From contig CAZSDK010000006.1 of the NCBI GenBank assembly GCA_964605655.1, positions 7,341 to 71,340 on the forward strand: DNA of 64,000 bases, given 5' to 3'. The notes below the pieces were generated by a model. That model ran no database searches, was not told where the DNA came from, and saw only the letters and a list, made by a program, of their open reading frames with translations. The position numbers were made by a program, and so were the translations under genes. The DNA comes from an uncultured Bacteroidales bacterium (GTDB lineage Bacteria; Bacteroidota; Bacteroidia; Bacteroidales; CAIXZF01). This document shows positions 37,004-45,536 of the stretch, piece by piece (within the stretch, counting starts at the first letter, position 1; every line of letters starts with the position of its first letter).

Positions 37004-38650
37004 CTAATACTCTTTCTTTTTGCCGGCCCTGGCTTTGATCACCCGTACGGGTATCCCCCTGAAACGGGCCTTGCTCAGGTTCTTCATGACGTATTCGGCA
37101 AAGGTTGAATCCACCTCAAACACCACATGGTCTCTGAACAAGTCGATCTTTCCGATGGGGATCATCTTTCCGCGGGTGTTTTGGTTGATCAGGTCTATGA
37201 GGTTGCTGGGATACAGGCCGTCGGCCTTGCCCTGGTCGATCATGAGCCTTGTGTAGCCTTTGGCCGGCTTCCGTTCGGGAACATCCCTGTCCTGCTGCCA
37301 TTCTTTATTCTTAGGTTTTTCCTCCGCCACGTTGAGGTCGGGGGCATTCTTGTAATAATCCAGGAAACGGTTGAATTCCAGTGCCACAAAACGCCTGATC
37401 ACCTCTTCTTTATCGAGCCATTCGAGCTTCCTGAAAATAGAAGGCAGGTAGGGATCTATCTCGGTATGCTCTATCTCGACCTTTTCCATCTTGTCGATGA
37501 GGCTGAAGAGTTGTTTCTCGCAGATCTCCTTGCCGTTCGGTATCTTTCCGGCCACGAAAGGTCTCTTGAGTTTCTTCTCAATATCCCTGATCAGGTGTTT
37601 CTCTTTGATATGGATGATGGAGATGGAGGTTCCCATCTTGCCGGCTCTTCCCGTCCTTCCGCTCCGGTGTGTATATATATCAAGGTCGTCGGGAAGGTTG
37701 TAGTTGATCACATGGGTCAGGTCATCTACATCCAGCCCCCGGGCAGCCACGTCAGTAGCTACCAGAAGCCGAATATGGCGGATACGGAACTTCTGCATCA
37801 CGAAATTGCGCTGTGTCTGGGAGAGGTCACCATGCAAAGACTCAGCGTTGTAACCGTCCTGGATGAGCTTGTCGGCTACATCCTGGGTATCCTTCCGGGT
37901 CCTGCAGAACACGATGCCGTATAGGTTGGGATGAAAGTCCACGATACGCTTCAGGGCCAGGTAACGGTCTTTGGCCTGGACCACAAAATACAGGTGCTTG
38001 ATATTCTCTGCCCCACTGTTTTTCACTCCTATAGTGATCTCCCTGGGCTGATGCATGTACCTGGAAGCGATGGTGGCCACCTCCTTCGGCATGGTGGCTG
38101 AGAACAGCAAGATATTGCGGTTATCGGGCACGGTCTCCAGGATATGGTTCAACTCCTCCTGGAACCCCATGTTGAGCATCTCATCGGCTTCATCGAGTAC
38201 CACCCTGCTCACCCTGTCGAGCCTGGCGACGCCCCTGTTGATGAGGTCCAGCAGCCTCCCGGGAGTGGCTACCACGACATGCACCCCTTTTTTCAGGGTC
38301 TTGATCTGTGTATCCATGTTGGAACCACCATAGACGGGCAGTATTTTTATTTCCTGGCGGTAGGCCGCATAGTCGACGAGGTCGGCAGCGATCTGCACGC
38401 ACAACTCACGAGTCGGACAAAGTACCAGCACCTGGGGATGCCTGTCCTCGGCCACCACATGGTGGAGCAGGGGCAGCCCGTAAGCGGCGGTCTTTCCCGT
38501 GCCTGTCTGCGCCAGGGCTACCAGATCGGTATGCTGTTGGAGTAATATGGGGATGACTTCTTCCTGCACCGGCATGGGTGCTTCGAAGCCAAGGTCATCT
38601 AAAGCCCTCAGGAAGGGAGGGGCAAGGCCCAGTTCTGAAAATGTCTTCAT
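37004..38650 (-). CDS. DEAD-box ATP-dependent RNA helicase with a C-terminal DbpA-type RNA-binding domain (DeaD/CsdA-like)
   Basis: Q motif FSELGL..GFEAPMPVQ. Walker A AQTGTGKT. DEAD in VVLDEADEML. SAT. HRSGRTGRAG. Start moved to the ATG at 38650, consistent with the -7 box at 38706-38713. Confidence 0.9.
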   Translation of the reverse strand: MKTFSELGLAPPFLRALDDLGFEAPMPVQEEVIPILLQQHTDLVALAQTGTGKTAAYGLPLLHHVVAEDRHPQVLVLCPTRELCVQIAADLVDYAAYRQEIKILPVYGGSNMDTQIKTLKKGVHVVVATPGRLLDLINRGVARLDRVSRVVLDEADEMLNMGFQEELNHILETVPDNRNILLFSATMPKEVATIASRYMHQPREITIGVKNSGAENIKHLYFVVQAKDRYLALKRIVDFHPNLYGIVFCRTRKDTQDVADKLIQDGYNAESLHGDLSQTQRNFVMQKFRIRHIRLLVATDVAARGLDVDDLTHVINYNLPDDLDIYTHRSGRTGRAGKMGTSISIIHIKEKHLIRDIEKKLKRPFVAGKIPNGKEICEKQLFSLIDKMEKVEIEHTEIDPYLPSIFRKLEWLDKEEVIRRFVALEFNRFLDYYKNAPDLNVAEEKPKNKEWQQDRDVPERKPAKGYTRLMIDQGKADGLYPSNLIDLINQNTRGKMIPIGKIDLFRDHVVFEVDSTFAEYVMKNLSKARFRGIPVRVIKARAGKKKEY

Positions 38651-38705
38651 AATAATGTGTTCTTCGATCCTAAAGATCGGGGGGTGAGCCTGCCTAAAGG
38701 GTCGG

Positions 38706-38713
38706 CAAAGATA
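38706..38713 (-). promoter_or_regulatory. Candidate -7 box (TATCTTTG on the minus strand) for the helicase gene
   Basis: Exact TAnnTTTG, 55 nt upstream of the ATG at 38650. It lies inside the longer track ORF (start 38719). Confidence 0.45.
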
Positions 38714-38807
38714 CGACACTTCCGGCTGACATCAAACAAAATCAGATTGTTACCATTCTTTGCCGGTTACTGCCCAGCCATTTTAACCGAGGATACTCTG
38801 GTTTGAC

Positions 38808-38815
38808 TACCTTTG
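38808..38815 (+). promoter_or_regulatory. Candidate -7 box (TACCTTTG) for the orphan 570-aa gene
   Basis: Exact TAnnTTTG, 82 nt upstream of the ATG at 38898. Confidence 0.35.
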
Positions 38816-38897
38816 CCAAAGCCCCGACATCACAAGGATACCTTTTCTGGCTTATGGAATTCAGGAAGTGAAAGCATCTTATCTTTAAACCACCGCG

Positions 38898-40610
38898 ATG
38901 ATCCGAAAAAGAGTCCCCAGGCTCATCACCCTTCTTTTGTTGCTTCTAACTTCTTTATTTTCCCGTGCCATGACCGATACCGCCCTGGTGGCGGCTTTCA
39001 GCAAAGCCGACCTGGTCGCTCACATCCGGCTGGGGAAAGAACCGCTCGGGGAGATCCCTGTCATGATCCACGATGTTGGCACGGAATACTATACCTTCCG
39101 GTTCAAGGTCCTGGAAGTGTACAAACAGCGTTTCCTTCTCCATGACAATTCCTTCACCTGGATACAGACCACCTCCATGCGACCCATGCAGGAAGTGTTC
39201 ACTCCCGGCGAGGAATATATCGCGTTCCTGGCATACGCTGACGAAGCTTGGTCGACATTGTTGGTCCGGGATATCTTACCCTACGATGCGAACACGGGGC
39301 ATCAGCTCCAGGAAGTATGCAGGTCGAATACCTTCGACAGGGCTGTGAGCAATATGAAATGGAACAAGGTGGAAAGAATGCTGCGCAGGCAGGTGAAGAA
39401 GGCATCCCGGCAATATGGAAAAGAAGAGCATAAGGCGGAAGCTCAGGTATACCGGTGGCTGGAGAGCCACAACACGGTCGATGTCCTGAATCCCGACTCC
39501 TGCGCCAGCCATATCTGCATCTATCCCGGCTGGTCTGACGCCGGTATCCGTTTTCTCACACCCAGGGGACCGGTGGAATACATACTGACCCTTCAGCACG
39601 GAAAAGTAAGGCGTTGGGGGTACGTCAGGCATCGGATAGGCCTCCGGACTTCCGTCGACAAAATCTTTTTCAGGAGCTTCCGGCCCGGGGAGAACATCAT
39701 TGCCGGAATGAGGCAAAGCTGTTTCTTCGAAAGGTACCAACGTATCAGCTACTGGAAAAAACAGGATGACGTCTCTTTTACAACCACCCTCGTGCAGGAT
39801 ACCATCCGCCCCCTCTCCATGATCCCACCCCTGATACGGGTGAGGACACAGCTGAAAAACACCAGTGCCGAGTCTGTCACCTTACTGTGGCCCAACAAGC
39901 AGACCGACGGATATGAGATCCTGCTGGCCGCCATGCTCAACCCGGAAGGACAAAGGCTGGAAGAAGACGGCATCTTTCTTGAGATGCCCGACCCTACTCA
40001 CGTTCCGCCATCCCTCATCACCCTTCAGCCCGGCGACAGCGTCAGCATGTGGCACAGCATCAAAGACCCTTACTGCTTCCAGACTGATGCCAGCGCCTGT
40101 CACGATATCTCCTTTGTCCAGGAAGGCAGATGGAAACTCGGCATGAAGTACGCTCCCCTCTTCAGCGAAGGAGACACCACCCTGTGGTGGTACCCGGAAG
40201 GCAACACCAGGGAATATTGGAATGAAAAGGAGCTGGTGGTCGAATCCGTTGTGCCTGTGGAAGAGGTCACTGTGCAGGGAGTGCTGGTGGAAGAACAGGC
40301 TTCTTACACCAATGACTACGGACAACAGGGACGGTACAACGCCCTTGTCAGGGTGACCGGAGCTCCAGCCGGAAGTCCCTTCAAGTCTGGTGACCTTATC
40401 GCCTGCCGGCATACCGTGAATACCTGTTACCTGCTGAACCTGGGGGAATCCAGGCCGGCTTGCGACACTGACCTGATGCAGCCCGGAGACCCTCTCGAGC
40501 TGGATATGGTGGTGAACTATCCGCCCGATCGTTTTACCCATAAAAGCGGAGAAATCATCTTCAATTATCTTCTTTCCAACAGCATCAATTCTTTGAGGAT
40601 CAGGAGATAG
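38898..40610 (+). CDS. Orphan secreted protein, 570 aa, no recognisable domain
   Basis: Long uninterrupted ORF with the signal-like N-terminus MIRKRVPRLITLLLLLLTSLFSRA. I recognise no catalytic or family motif. Confidence 0.7.
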   Translation: MIRKRVPRLITLLLLLLTSLFSRAMTDTALVAAFSKADLVAHIRLGKEPLGEIPVMIHDVGTEYYTFRFKVLEVYKQRFLLHDNSFTWIQTTSMRPMQEVFTPGEEYIAFLAYADEAWSTLLVRDILPYDANTGHQLQEVCRSNTFDRAVSNMKWNKVERMLRRQVKKASRQYGKEEHKAEAQVYRWLESHNTVDVLNPDSCASHICIYPGWSDAGIRFLTPRGPVEYILTLQHGKVRRWGYVRHRIGLRTSVDKIFFRSFRPGENIIAGMRQSCFFERYQRISYWKKQDDVSFTTTLVQDTIRPLSMIPPLIRVRTQLKNTSAESVTLLWPNKQTDGYEILLAAMLNPEGQRLEEDGIFLEMPDPTHVPPSLITLQPGDSVSMWHSIKDPYCFQTDASACHDISFVQEGRWKLGMKYAPLFSEGDTTLWWYPEGNTREYWNEKELVVESVVPVEEVTVQGVLVEEQASYTNDYGQQGRYNALVRVTGAPAGSPFKSGDLIACRHTVNTCYLLNLGESRPACDTDLMQPGDPLELDMVVNYPPDRFTHKSGEIIFNYLLSNSINSLRIRR

Positions 40611-40643
40611 ATGATAGATAACCTCTACGAGGTAAAATTAAAC

Positions 40644-40756
40644 AATTGATAATTGATAATTGACATTGATTTTTGGGTACATTGTCAAACTGGTACACTG
40701 GTACACTGAAAAATTGCCCACTGGAATTATCCCGCATCCCGTTATCCCGAATCCCG
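40644..40756. repeat. Three adjacent micro-repeat arrays: aattgat x3.5 (40644-40670), GGTACAYTG x3 (40676-40708), ttatcccgNatcccg x2 (40727-40756)
   Basis: Read directly from the sequence. Located in the intergenic region upstream of the HTH regulator gene. Confidence 0.9.
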
Positions 40757-40785
40757 ATTTTTTTGTCAACCAACGGAGGATTCCT

Positions 40786-40793
40786 TATATTTG
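40786..40793 (+). promoter_or_regulatory. Candidate -7 box (TATATTTG) for the HTH regulator
   Basis: Exact TAnnTTTG, 22 nt upstream of the ATG at 40816. It lies inside the longer track ORF (start 40660). Confidence 0.45.
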
Positions 40794-40815
40794 GTTCATC
40801 AAGTCTTTTTCCTTC

Positions 40816-41829
40816 ATGAATCAACTTTCAGAACTACAACAGAACCTGTTTAAAGAAATCAAGGACCGGCTTCCACAGCATGTGTCCTTTGTCCATGAGA
40901 TTTCGGAGCTCCTGGGAGTCAGCTACGACAGCGCCTACCGGAGAATACGCGGAGAAAAGATCATCAGCATCGAAGAACTTTTTACGCTCTGTACCACCTA
41001 CCATGTTTCTGTCGACAGCGTCTTCCAGATCCAGTCGCAAAAAATAGCCTTCGACACCCTGCTGGTGGAACCCGACAAGATCTCCATCAGGCAATGGCTC
41101 GAGAAGATATCCCGTGATATTGAGAACATCATCTCGGAAAAAGGTCGTAACATCATCTATTCCGCCAAAGATATCCCCTTCTACCATTATTTTCATATCC
41201 CTGAGATCGCTGCTTTTAAGATCTTTTTCTGGCAGAAAACCCTCTTCCAGTTCCCTGAATTTCGGGACCAGAAATTTAACATTCAATCATGGGAAGGTGA
41301 TTTTCAGCGAATTGGCAACCAGATCCTGAAGACCTCCTATGCCGTCCAGACCACTGAGATCTGGAACGAAGACACTTTTACCATCTTTTTGCGACAGATA
41401 GAGTACTACTGGGTATCAGGCTTCTTCCATTCCAAGGATGACCTGGTCTTTCTCCTCAACAAACTCGAGATATGGATCAGGCATCTCAGGCTACAGGCAG
41501 AATACGGAGCCAAGTTCCCTCTGGGTGAGACTCCGAGCGGACCGGAGGACAACTTCCGCCTCTATGAGAATGACGTAGTGCTCAACGACAACACCATCCT
41601 GGTCGAACTTCCCGGCAGGAAGGTGGTCTACCTTACCTACAACGTGGTCTCCTTCCTGATGACCTCCGATGCTGAGTTCACCGGAAGGATCTCCGAATAC
41701 CTGAAAGGGCTGATCAGCAAATCAACCCTTATCAGTGCATCGGCCGACAAAGAAAGGAACCGGTTCTTCAACAAACTGCTGGAAGAGGTGGAACGTTTCC
41801 GGCAACGCCTTGAAAAACAGGACTTCTGA
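40816..41829 (+). CDS. XRE-type helix-turn-helix transcriptional regulator with a ~270-aa helical C-terminal domain
   Basis: N-terminal FVHEISELLGVSYDSAYRRIRGEKIISIEELFTLCTTYHVSVDSVF looks like a Cro/C1-type HTH. Start moved to M53. Confidence 0.7.
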   Translation: MNQLSELQQNLFKEIKDRLPQHVSFVHEISELLGVSYDSAYRRIRGEKIISIEELFTLCTTYHVSVDSVFQIQSQKIAFDTLLVEPDKISIRQWLEKISRDIENIISEKGRNIIYSAKDIPFYHYFHIPEIAAFKIFFWQKTLFQFPEFRDQKFNIQSWEGDFQRIGNQILKTSYAVQTTEIWNEDTFTIFLRQIEYYWVSGFFHSKDDLVFLLNKLEIWIRHLRLQAEYGAKFPLGETPSGPEDNFRLYENDVVLNDNTILVELPGRKVVYLTYNVVSFLMTSDAEFTGRISEYLKGLISKSTLISASADKERNRFFNKLLEEVERFRQRLEKQDF

Positions 41830-41833
41830 GGTA

Positions 41834-42430
41834 TTACCAGAGGGCAAAGTTCACCCCGGCGCTGACATTCCAACCCTGGAGTATATCGAAGTTGGACACC
41901 GGGTACACATACCCGCCCTGCACATTGATAAACAGGTTCCTTCTCGACACCAGGTGGCATCCCAGGGTGGGTGTGAACTGGGCGGTCGTGCCCCAGGATT
42001 TTTGTGACAGTCCTCCGAATTCCAGCCCGAAATAAGGCACCATGACGGTCCGCTTCGGGTTCTTTTCCACCGACATGCTGATGCCCAGGGAATAGCTGAA
42101 CATATCCGTCACATCCGACTTGTCGCTCTTCAGCATGATCAGCTTGGAATAGAAACGGACATGGCTCGGACCGGGCTTATCGTTCTGAAATACCTTGGCA
42201 TAGATCAGGTATTCCACCGAGATCCCGTTGAATACACCGGTCGAATCCGGTGCAGTGGTCTGATAATAGGTGTATCCGACGCCCGGGACAAAAGCCGATT
42301 CGAAATTGGAGTTTGAGTATCCGGGGGCAGGTTTTTTGGGAAGACTGTCATTCTTCACATTTTGCGCATGAACAGCAGCAGTGACCATGAAGGCTAAAAG
42401 GATGGTGATGATGGTTTTCATTATGTTCAT
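41834..42430 (-). CDS. Small outer-membrane beta-barrel protein (OmpW/porin-family-like)
   Basis: Signal peptide ILLAFMVTAAVHAQ. Alternating strands. C-terminal GVNFALW aromatic terminus. Confidence 0.65.
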   Translation of the reverse strand: MNIMKTIITILLAFMVTAAVHAQNVKNDSLPKKPAPGYSNSNFESAFVPGVGYTYYQTTAPDSTGVFNGISVEYLIYAKVFQNDKPGPSHVRFYSKLIMLKSDKSDVTDMFSYSLGISMSVEKNPKRTVMVPYFGLEFGGLSQKSWGTTAQFTPTLGCHLVSRRNLFINVQGGYVYPVSNFDILQGWNVSAGVNFALW

Positions 42431-42466
42431 TATTATGATGATAGAAGTCAGTTGTAAATATCTGTT

Positions 42467-43825
42467 TCAATCGTTGTCCTTCAGGCAGCGTACTGGACGG
42501 GCGTTGGTCTTCTGATCATAACCCCTGGAGATCTGTATCCAGACCCAGGAAAGGTTGCGGTGCACAGGCCTTTTCTGTCCGGAAATCATATTGTATTGCG
42601 AGGAGGTGTAAAAGGTGGACAACATGGTACCGCCTGCCCAGTTACCATTATAGTAAAGGAAGCCTTCCGGCCTGGCATTGAATCCGTACGCGTCGGAGCC
42701 ATTGCCTCCACTGTACCAGCCATAGGTGCTTTTCAGCCTGAATCCGACATCGTCGCCGTTCTCTCCCATCTCATCCCATTCCGGGTCACCAATGCCATAA
42801 TTGGCATCCACCGAGCCCTCGAGGATCTTCCAGTCGGCATCGGTGGGGATATGCCATCCTTCCGGACAGATGCCCTGCGTCCCTTCAACAGTGGTATAAT
42901 TCATCAGTTCATCCCAGTAATATAATCCTCCAAGAGTATCGCAATTGGCCGGTTCATCCAGCATACAGTACTTTTCAATAATGCCGTTGTTGGTCTGCCC
43001 GACCGAGGAGCTGATCCTGTCGCCTACATTCAGGTTCTCCTTCATCCAGCACTGGCCGAACACCTGGATGGTATGGTACCACTGCCCGCTGTAAAGGAGG
43101 GAGTCCAGGCCCGGACAGGGGGTGTTGGTGGCAAACTGGAAAAAGTAGTCCTTATTGCCCGTGGGTATGTCCTGGATACCCGATTCGCCCAGGGAGATGT
43201 ATGCGATGAAAAGCAGTGTATCTCCCAGAACATAAGGGAAAGCATTCACGGCCAGCTTGTTCTGGCAGGGACCGGGAAGTTCCTGGTCGCCACAAAGCCT
43301 TACCTGGCATTCATTGATGGAATTCAGGGTATTGAGTACCTTAATCGTCTGACTTCTGTCTCCAAATTGTGCATGGATGAGGTAGAGCATATTTTTGCCG
43401 GGAAAGAACTCCAGGCTATGCGGTCCTGCAGCCAGGTACTGAGACCAACGAAGCACTTCCCTGCCCGTGATGTCGGTGATCCGGAGCACGAGCGTCCCTG
43501 CCTCTGTAAGGTTCAAAGGGAGGTGAGCAAGACCGCTGCAGGGGTTCGGGTATGCGGCACCCAGGATGGGAGTTGGATTTTCAGAGGCGTAATCATCATA
43601 TATACCTGATAAACTATTCAGTACGAGGAGGGTATCCGGTGCATAGAGCATGGTGTCATGATCCTGGCTGAGGTTCCGGATCCGGATGCTGTCGAGCACC
43701 AGGTGGTTGTTCTGGTCCAGCCCACTGAACCGCAGTTCAATCTGGGGCTTTTGAGCGGAGGTCTGTGATATTCCGCCGAGAAGGACCAACAGGAAAAGGT
43801 AAAAACACTTTTTCATGGCAATCAA
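42467..43825 (-). CDS. Secreted protein with a C-terminal FISUMP (Fibrobacter succinogenes major paralogous, TIGR02145) domain and an internal T9SS-CTD-like module
   Basis: GQCWMKENLNVG..., GGLYYWDELMN, CPEGWHIPTDADWKILE, GFNARPEGF and RPVRCLKD are FISUMP hallmarks. The internal stretch AAYPNPCSGLAHLPLNL...GREVLRW...MLYLIHAQFGDRSQTIKVL resembles a Por_Secre_tail. Confidence 0.8.
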   Translation of the reverse strand: MIAMKKCFYLFLLVLLGGISQTSAQKPQIELRFSGLDQNNHLVLDSIRIRNLSQDHDTMLYAPDTLLVLNSLSGIYDDYASENPTPILGAAYPNPCSGLAHLPLNLTEAGTLVLRITDITGREVLRWSQYLAAGPHSLEFFPGKNMLYLIHAQFGDRSQTIKVLNTLNSINECQVRLCGDQELPGPCQNKLAVNAFPYVLGDTLLFIAYISLGESGIQDIPTGNKDYFFQFATNTPCPGLDSLLYSGQWYHTIQVFGQCWMKENLNVGDRISSSVGQTNNGIIEKYCMLDEPANCDTLGGLYYWDELMNYTTVEGTQGICPEGWHIPTDADWKILEGSVDANYGIGDPEWDEMGENGDDVGFRLKSTYGWYSGGNGSDAYGFNARPEGFLYYNGNWAGGTMLSTFYTSSQYNMISGQKRPVHRNLSWVWIQISRGYDQKTNARPVRCLKDND

Positions 43826-44095
43826 ATTTTAAGGTGAAACTTAAGAGGACGCAGCGTCAAATACCTGGTAAAATTAGACCCGTGCCAGAGGCATTCAAAA
43901 CGGCTGAATGCCGGCCAGGAAGCCGTTGTGGGAAAAATTGCGGGGTCCTTCTCCGATTTCGGAAAAACGAAGGAGCGTTTTGCAGAAAATGCGGAATCGC
44001 ATTCCGAAGTGGTCGTCTCTTGGAAAAATCAATAAAAAAAATGGGTGAAGTGCCTTAAGAAATCACAAAAATCACAGAGGCCCGGTTGATACCCT

Positions 44096-45133
44096 TTAAT
44101 CCTTGAGAAAAGATCCCCTGAAGATACGGTCTTTGCTTACGACGCGTACGAAATACATCCCCGGGCTCAGCCGGGAGGTCTCCAGCCAAAATCTGCTGCC
44201 ATCATAGCCTGAAGGCACCGACACCATCCTTCCGCCCAAGTCGGTGAGGGTGAAGAGGGGCAGGGAGCCCGGCATGATGTCGAAATTCAGATAAACCCTG
44301 TCGCCGGCCGGGTTGGGGTAGAGCATCAGGGAGGGCGGGCCAGTCTGGGGTAGGCCCGTGGAGATGTTACAGTTGATGGGTGCAGGCAGGGGCTCGATGC
44401 CGAACACACCTCCTTCCAGGTAACCGAGGTATTCCACCGAACAGTCGGGATAGACATTGAACAGCCAGGAGTGATAGTTGTCGCAACCGTCGAAGCAGTC
44501 GTTCCACTCGAAGGTGAAAGTATATTTCCGGATGTTGCCCAAAGTCTCAAACTGTATGACTCCTCCTGCACCTATCAGCATGTCGGGTTCCACATACTGG
44601 ATATAAGGAGAAGCCCACTTCAGGCTGTCTTCCACGGCAAAGGGGTTCATCAGGCGGGAGGTGGTGAAGATCCCAATCCCCAGGCTCTGCAGGTAGCCGG
44701 TGATATGAAAATCATAGGCCGTCAGAAGGGAATCAAGCAGCGGGACACCTGTCATGGTCTGCATATTGGTCCAGTTCTGGATCCAGGGTGCCGAAGTGCT
44801 GATCCCTATCATATACCCCAGGGTGACCGGCCGGTAGGCCATGTCATGGACGCAATACAGGTCGAAGATGCTGTCGCCGGCAAGATGACCCGAGTTGAAG
44901 ACCGCCGCGATACCACTCATGATGGTGTCTTGTATGGCCTGGGGTATGGTGACGAACACCGTGTCGGGTGACTGGGTGTCTTCCATCCACTTGACTGCCA
45001 GGCTTTTCACATCGATATCATACTCCTGGTTCAACACCCAAGGCACCTCGCAGGAGCTGGGGATGATCTGTGCCATCACTGGCGACAGGCCGGAAATAAA
45101 GAACAGCACCGGCCAAAGGATTCTCTTTTTCAT
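44096..45133 (-). CDS. Secreted protein of unknown function with a T9SS type-A C-terminal sorting domain
   Basis: Signal peptide MKKRILWPVLFFISGLSPVMAQ. C-terminal LMLYPNPAGDRVYLNF...GMYFVRVVSKDRIFRGSFLKD. Start moved from 45247, because that N-terminal extension is encoded by the GC-rich repeat. Confidence 0.8.
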   Translation of the reverse strand: MKKRILWPVLFFISGLSPVMAQIIPSSCEVPWVLNQEYDIDVKSLAVKWMEDTQSPDTVFVTIPQAIQDTIMSGIAAVFNSGHLAGDSIFDLYCVHDMAYRPVTLGYMIGISTSAPWIQNWTNMQTMTGVPLLDSLLTAYDFHITGYLQSLGIGIFTTSRLMNPFAVEDSLKWASPYIQYVEPDMLIGAGGVIQFETLGNIRKYTFTFEWNDCFDGCDNYHSWLFNVYPDCSVEYLGYLEGGVFGIEPLPAPINCNISTGLPQTGPPSLMLYPNPAGDRVYLNFDIMPGSLPLFTLTDLGGRMVSVPSGYDGSRFWLETSRLSPGMYFVRVVSKDRIFRGSFLKD

Positions 45134-45191
45134 GGGAACTGCTTTTTGATGATTATTTATACCATAATTAGGACTTAACTTACTCCGGAAT

Positions 45192-45530
45192 TGAGGCAAT
45201 TTTCGCCCCCATCCCTGCCCTTCCCCCGACCCGGGGGAAGAGAGCACATTACCCGTATAAAAAGCCTTTAATAACCTGATATATAATTATTTATTTCCTG
45301 TCAAATTCCCCCTCGTGGGGGCAAAGGGGTGAGGCGATCTCCCCCTCTCCTGTTGGAGAGGGGGCAGGGGGGTGAGGCAATTTTCGCCCCCATCCCTGCC
45401 CTTCCCCCGACCCGGGGGAAGAGAGCACATTACCCGTATAAAAAGCCTTTAATAACCTGATATATAATCATTTATTATCCACTTAATCCCCCCCTCTCCT
45501 GTTGGAGAGGGGGGCAGGGGGGTGAGGCAA
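45192..45530. repeat. Duplicated REP-like region: a 104-bp direct repeat (45192-45295 and 45373-45476, 1 mismatch, period 181 bp) plus five GC-rich hairpins, most followed by a GGGGTGAGGC tail
   Basis: Hairpins read directly: cttcccccg-acc-cgggggaag (45220-45240, 45401-45421), ccccc-tcgt-ggggg (45308-45321), ccccctctcc-tgtt-ggagaggggg (45341-45364, 45489-45514). Confidence 0.9.
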
Positions 45531-45536
45531 CAACCC

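Noticed and set aside
38679-38690. A GGGGGGTGAGCC word in the helicase leader, matching the tail of the REP-like hairpins at 45.3-45.5 kb
   Set aside because: It is a single short occurrence without the accompanying long hairpin and could be chance. I mention it only as a pointer for a genome-wide motif search.
45134-45247. N-terminal extension of the T9SS cargo ORF (MLSSPGSGEGQGWGRK...). Similar extensions occur at 11372-11434, 34507-34560, 38651-38719, 40660-40815, 20896-20934 and 49527-49664.
   Set aside because: The extensions are encoded by repeat or promoter DNA, or they overlap the upstream gene. The downstream Met gives a canonical N-terminus (signal peptide or family-typical start), and -7 boxes fall inside several of the extensions.
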